Source: Eledone cirrhosa
Lineage: Eukaryota
DNA length: 64,000 bases
Assembly (NCBI GenBank): GCA_964016885.1
Contig: OZ024740.1
Span: 390,042,001-390,106,000 of the forward strand
Reading direction: 5' to 3'
Position 1 is the first letter of the stretch, and the number at the start of each line of letters is the position of its first letter. Of this stretch, positions 62,889 through 64,000 are shown piece by piece. The position numbers were made by a program, and so were the translations under genes. The notes under the pieces are model-generated. The model saw only the letters and a list, made by a program, of their open reading frames with translations. It had not been told where the DNA came from and made no database searches.

Positions 62889-64000
62889 ATCATCATCAAC
62901 GTTTAACGTCCGTGTTCCACGCTTGCATGGGTTTGGACGGGGGTAGTCCCACTTGAGGCAAGAGTGATTGTCTTGCTCGCATAGGACTGTCTGGCAGGTT
63001 TTCTACAGTTGGATGCCCTTCCTAACACCAACCACATTTACAGTGTGGGTCTGGGAGGTTTTTACCGTGTTGCCTACACGGCCACATTACAGCGTGGACT
63101 GTGTGTTTTTTTTGTCGTGACACCTACACGATCTCATTTGTTTCGGCCTGGATGGCGCGGCACCAACATAACTTTACATAGAACGGGGTGGTGGTGGGAC
63201 GGGGTGTATTTTGTTAGAGATGCCTACTGGCTGGAGTAGGTTTTACTATATATTTAGGTAAGGCGGGTCTTCTCTGTTACTGAGTACCGCCAAAGGTCTC
63301 GGTCCAGTGACATTGTCTTGGAGAAGTGTAAGTGTGTGATGTCGGAGTTTATCAGCTCGTCCCAGGTTTTTCTAGGTCTGCCTATTCCGTGACTACCGTC
63401 TATCTTTATTGCCCTGCACTTTGTTATACAGCTATCGACTTTCATGCGCATCACGTGTCCATACCAACGTAGCCTTCTCTCGAGTAAACAACATCTGATC
63501 CCTCTTATCTCTAATTTTTTCCTTAGTTCGTTTATGCTTTGCCGTTCACGTATATTACTGTTACACATCCAGCGGAGCATGCAAGCTTCGTTCCTCTCTA
63601 GTCTGCGTATATCCTCTGCACACAATGCCCAGGTCTCACTGCCATGCAACATTGCTGTTCGTATGCAGGCATCATACAACCTGCCTTTCATTTTTAGGGC
63701 GAACCCTTTAGCAGCTAATAGTGGTATAAGCTCTCTGAACTTTTTCCAACCAGTTCTGACTCTAGCTACAGTACTTTCAGAGCACCCTCCCCCACTGCTG
63801 ATTTTATCGCCCAGGTAACGGAAGCTGTCCACTATTTCTATAGAACCCTCTGCGCAATTGAAAGAGCTAGTATTTTGTGGGCACTTGCTGCTACTTATTG
63901 CACCAGAACACCGGCCACATGTATAATCTATGTTCTTAGTTAGCTTACCTGTGATCCCACTACATCTTTTATGCACCCATACTTTGCATTTAGGACATAA
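62889..64000 (-). mobile_element. RTE family B, runs off the window
   Basis: ORF 63254-63976 nearly identical to the other family B C-termini; atcatcatcaacg tail. Confidence 0.95.

Overview
Eukaryotic (animal) genomic DNA, AT-rich; repeat content and SINE types look cephalopod/octopus-like (inference). The + strand carries 14 internal coding exons (507-33028; 4,296 nt, about 1,432 codons, all GT-AG, phases join without a break) of a type I fatty acid synthase (FASN). They cover KS (DTACSSS, EAHGTGT, KSNMGH), MAT (GHSVG), DH ([10 protein letters not shown]; FLDTMLQ), pseudo-methyltransferase and pseudo-KR. The first exons and the ER/KR/ACP/TE exons lie outside the window. Introns hold RTE-clade LINEs with a PHD-type finger, a piggyBac nested inside a related TTAA MITE, tRNA-derived SINEs, an R4/Dong-like RLE retrotransposon and a Gypsy gag remnant. 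No FASN exon is visible after 33028. The region 36.6-64 kb has about 15 kb of strand-polarised (TA)nTG arrays with many young retroelements between them: RTE copies in both orientations, two short non-autonomous RTE derivatives, a Naiad-type Penelope-like element with inverted hammerhead-bearing pLTRs, and a non-coding perfect palindrome of two hammerhead-bearing pLTR-like arms. The giant Tyr/Ile-rich ORFs are microsatellite artefacts.
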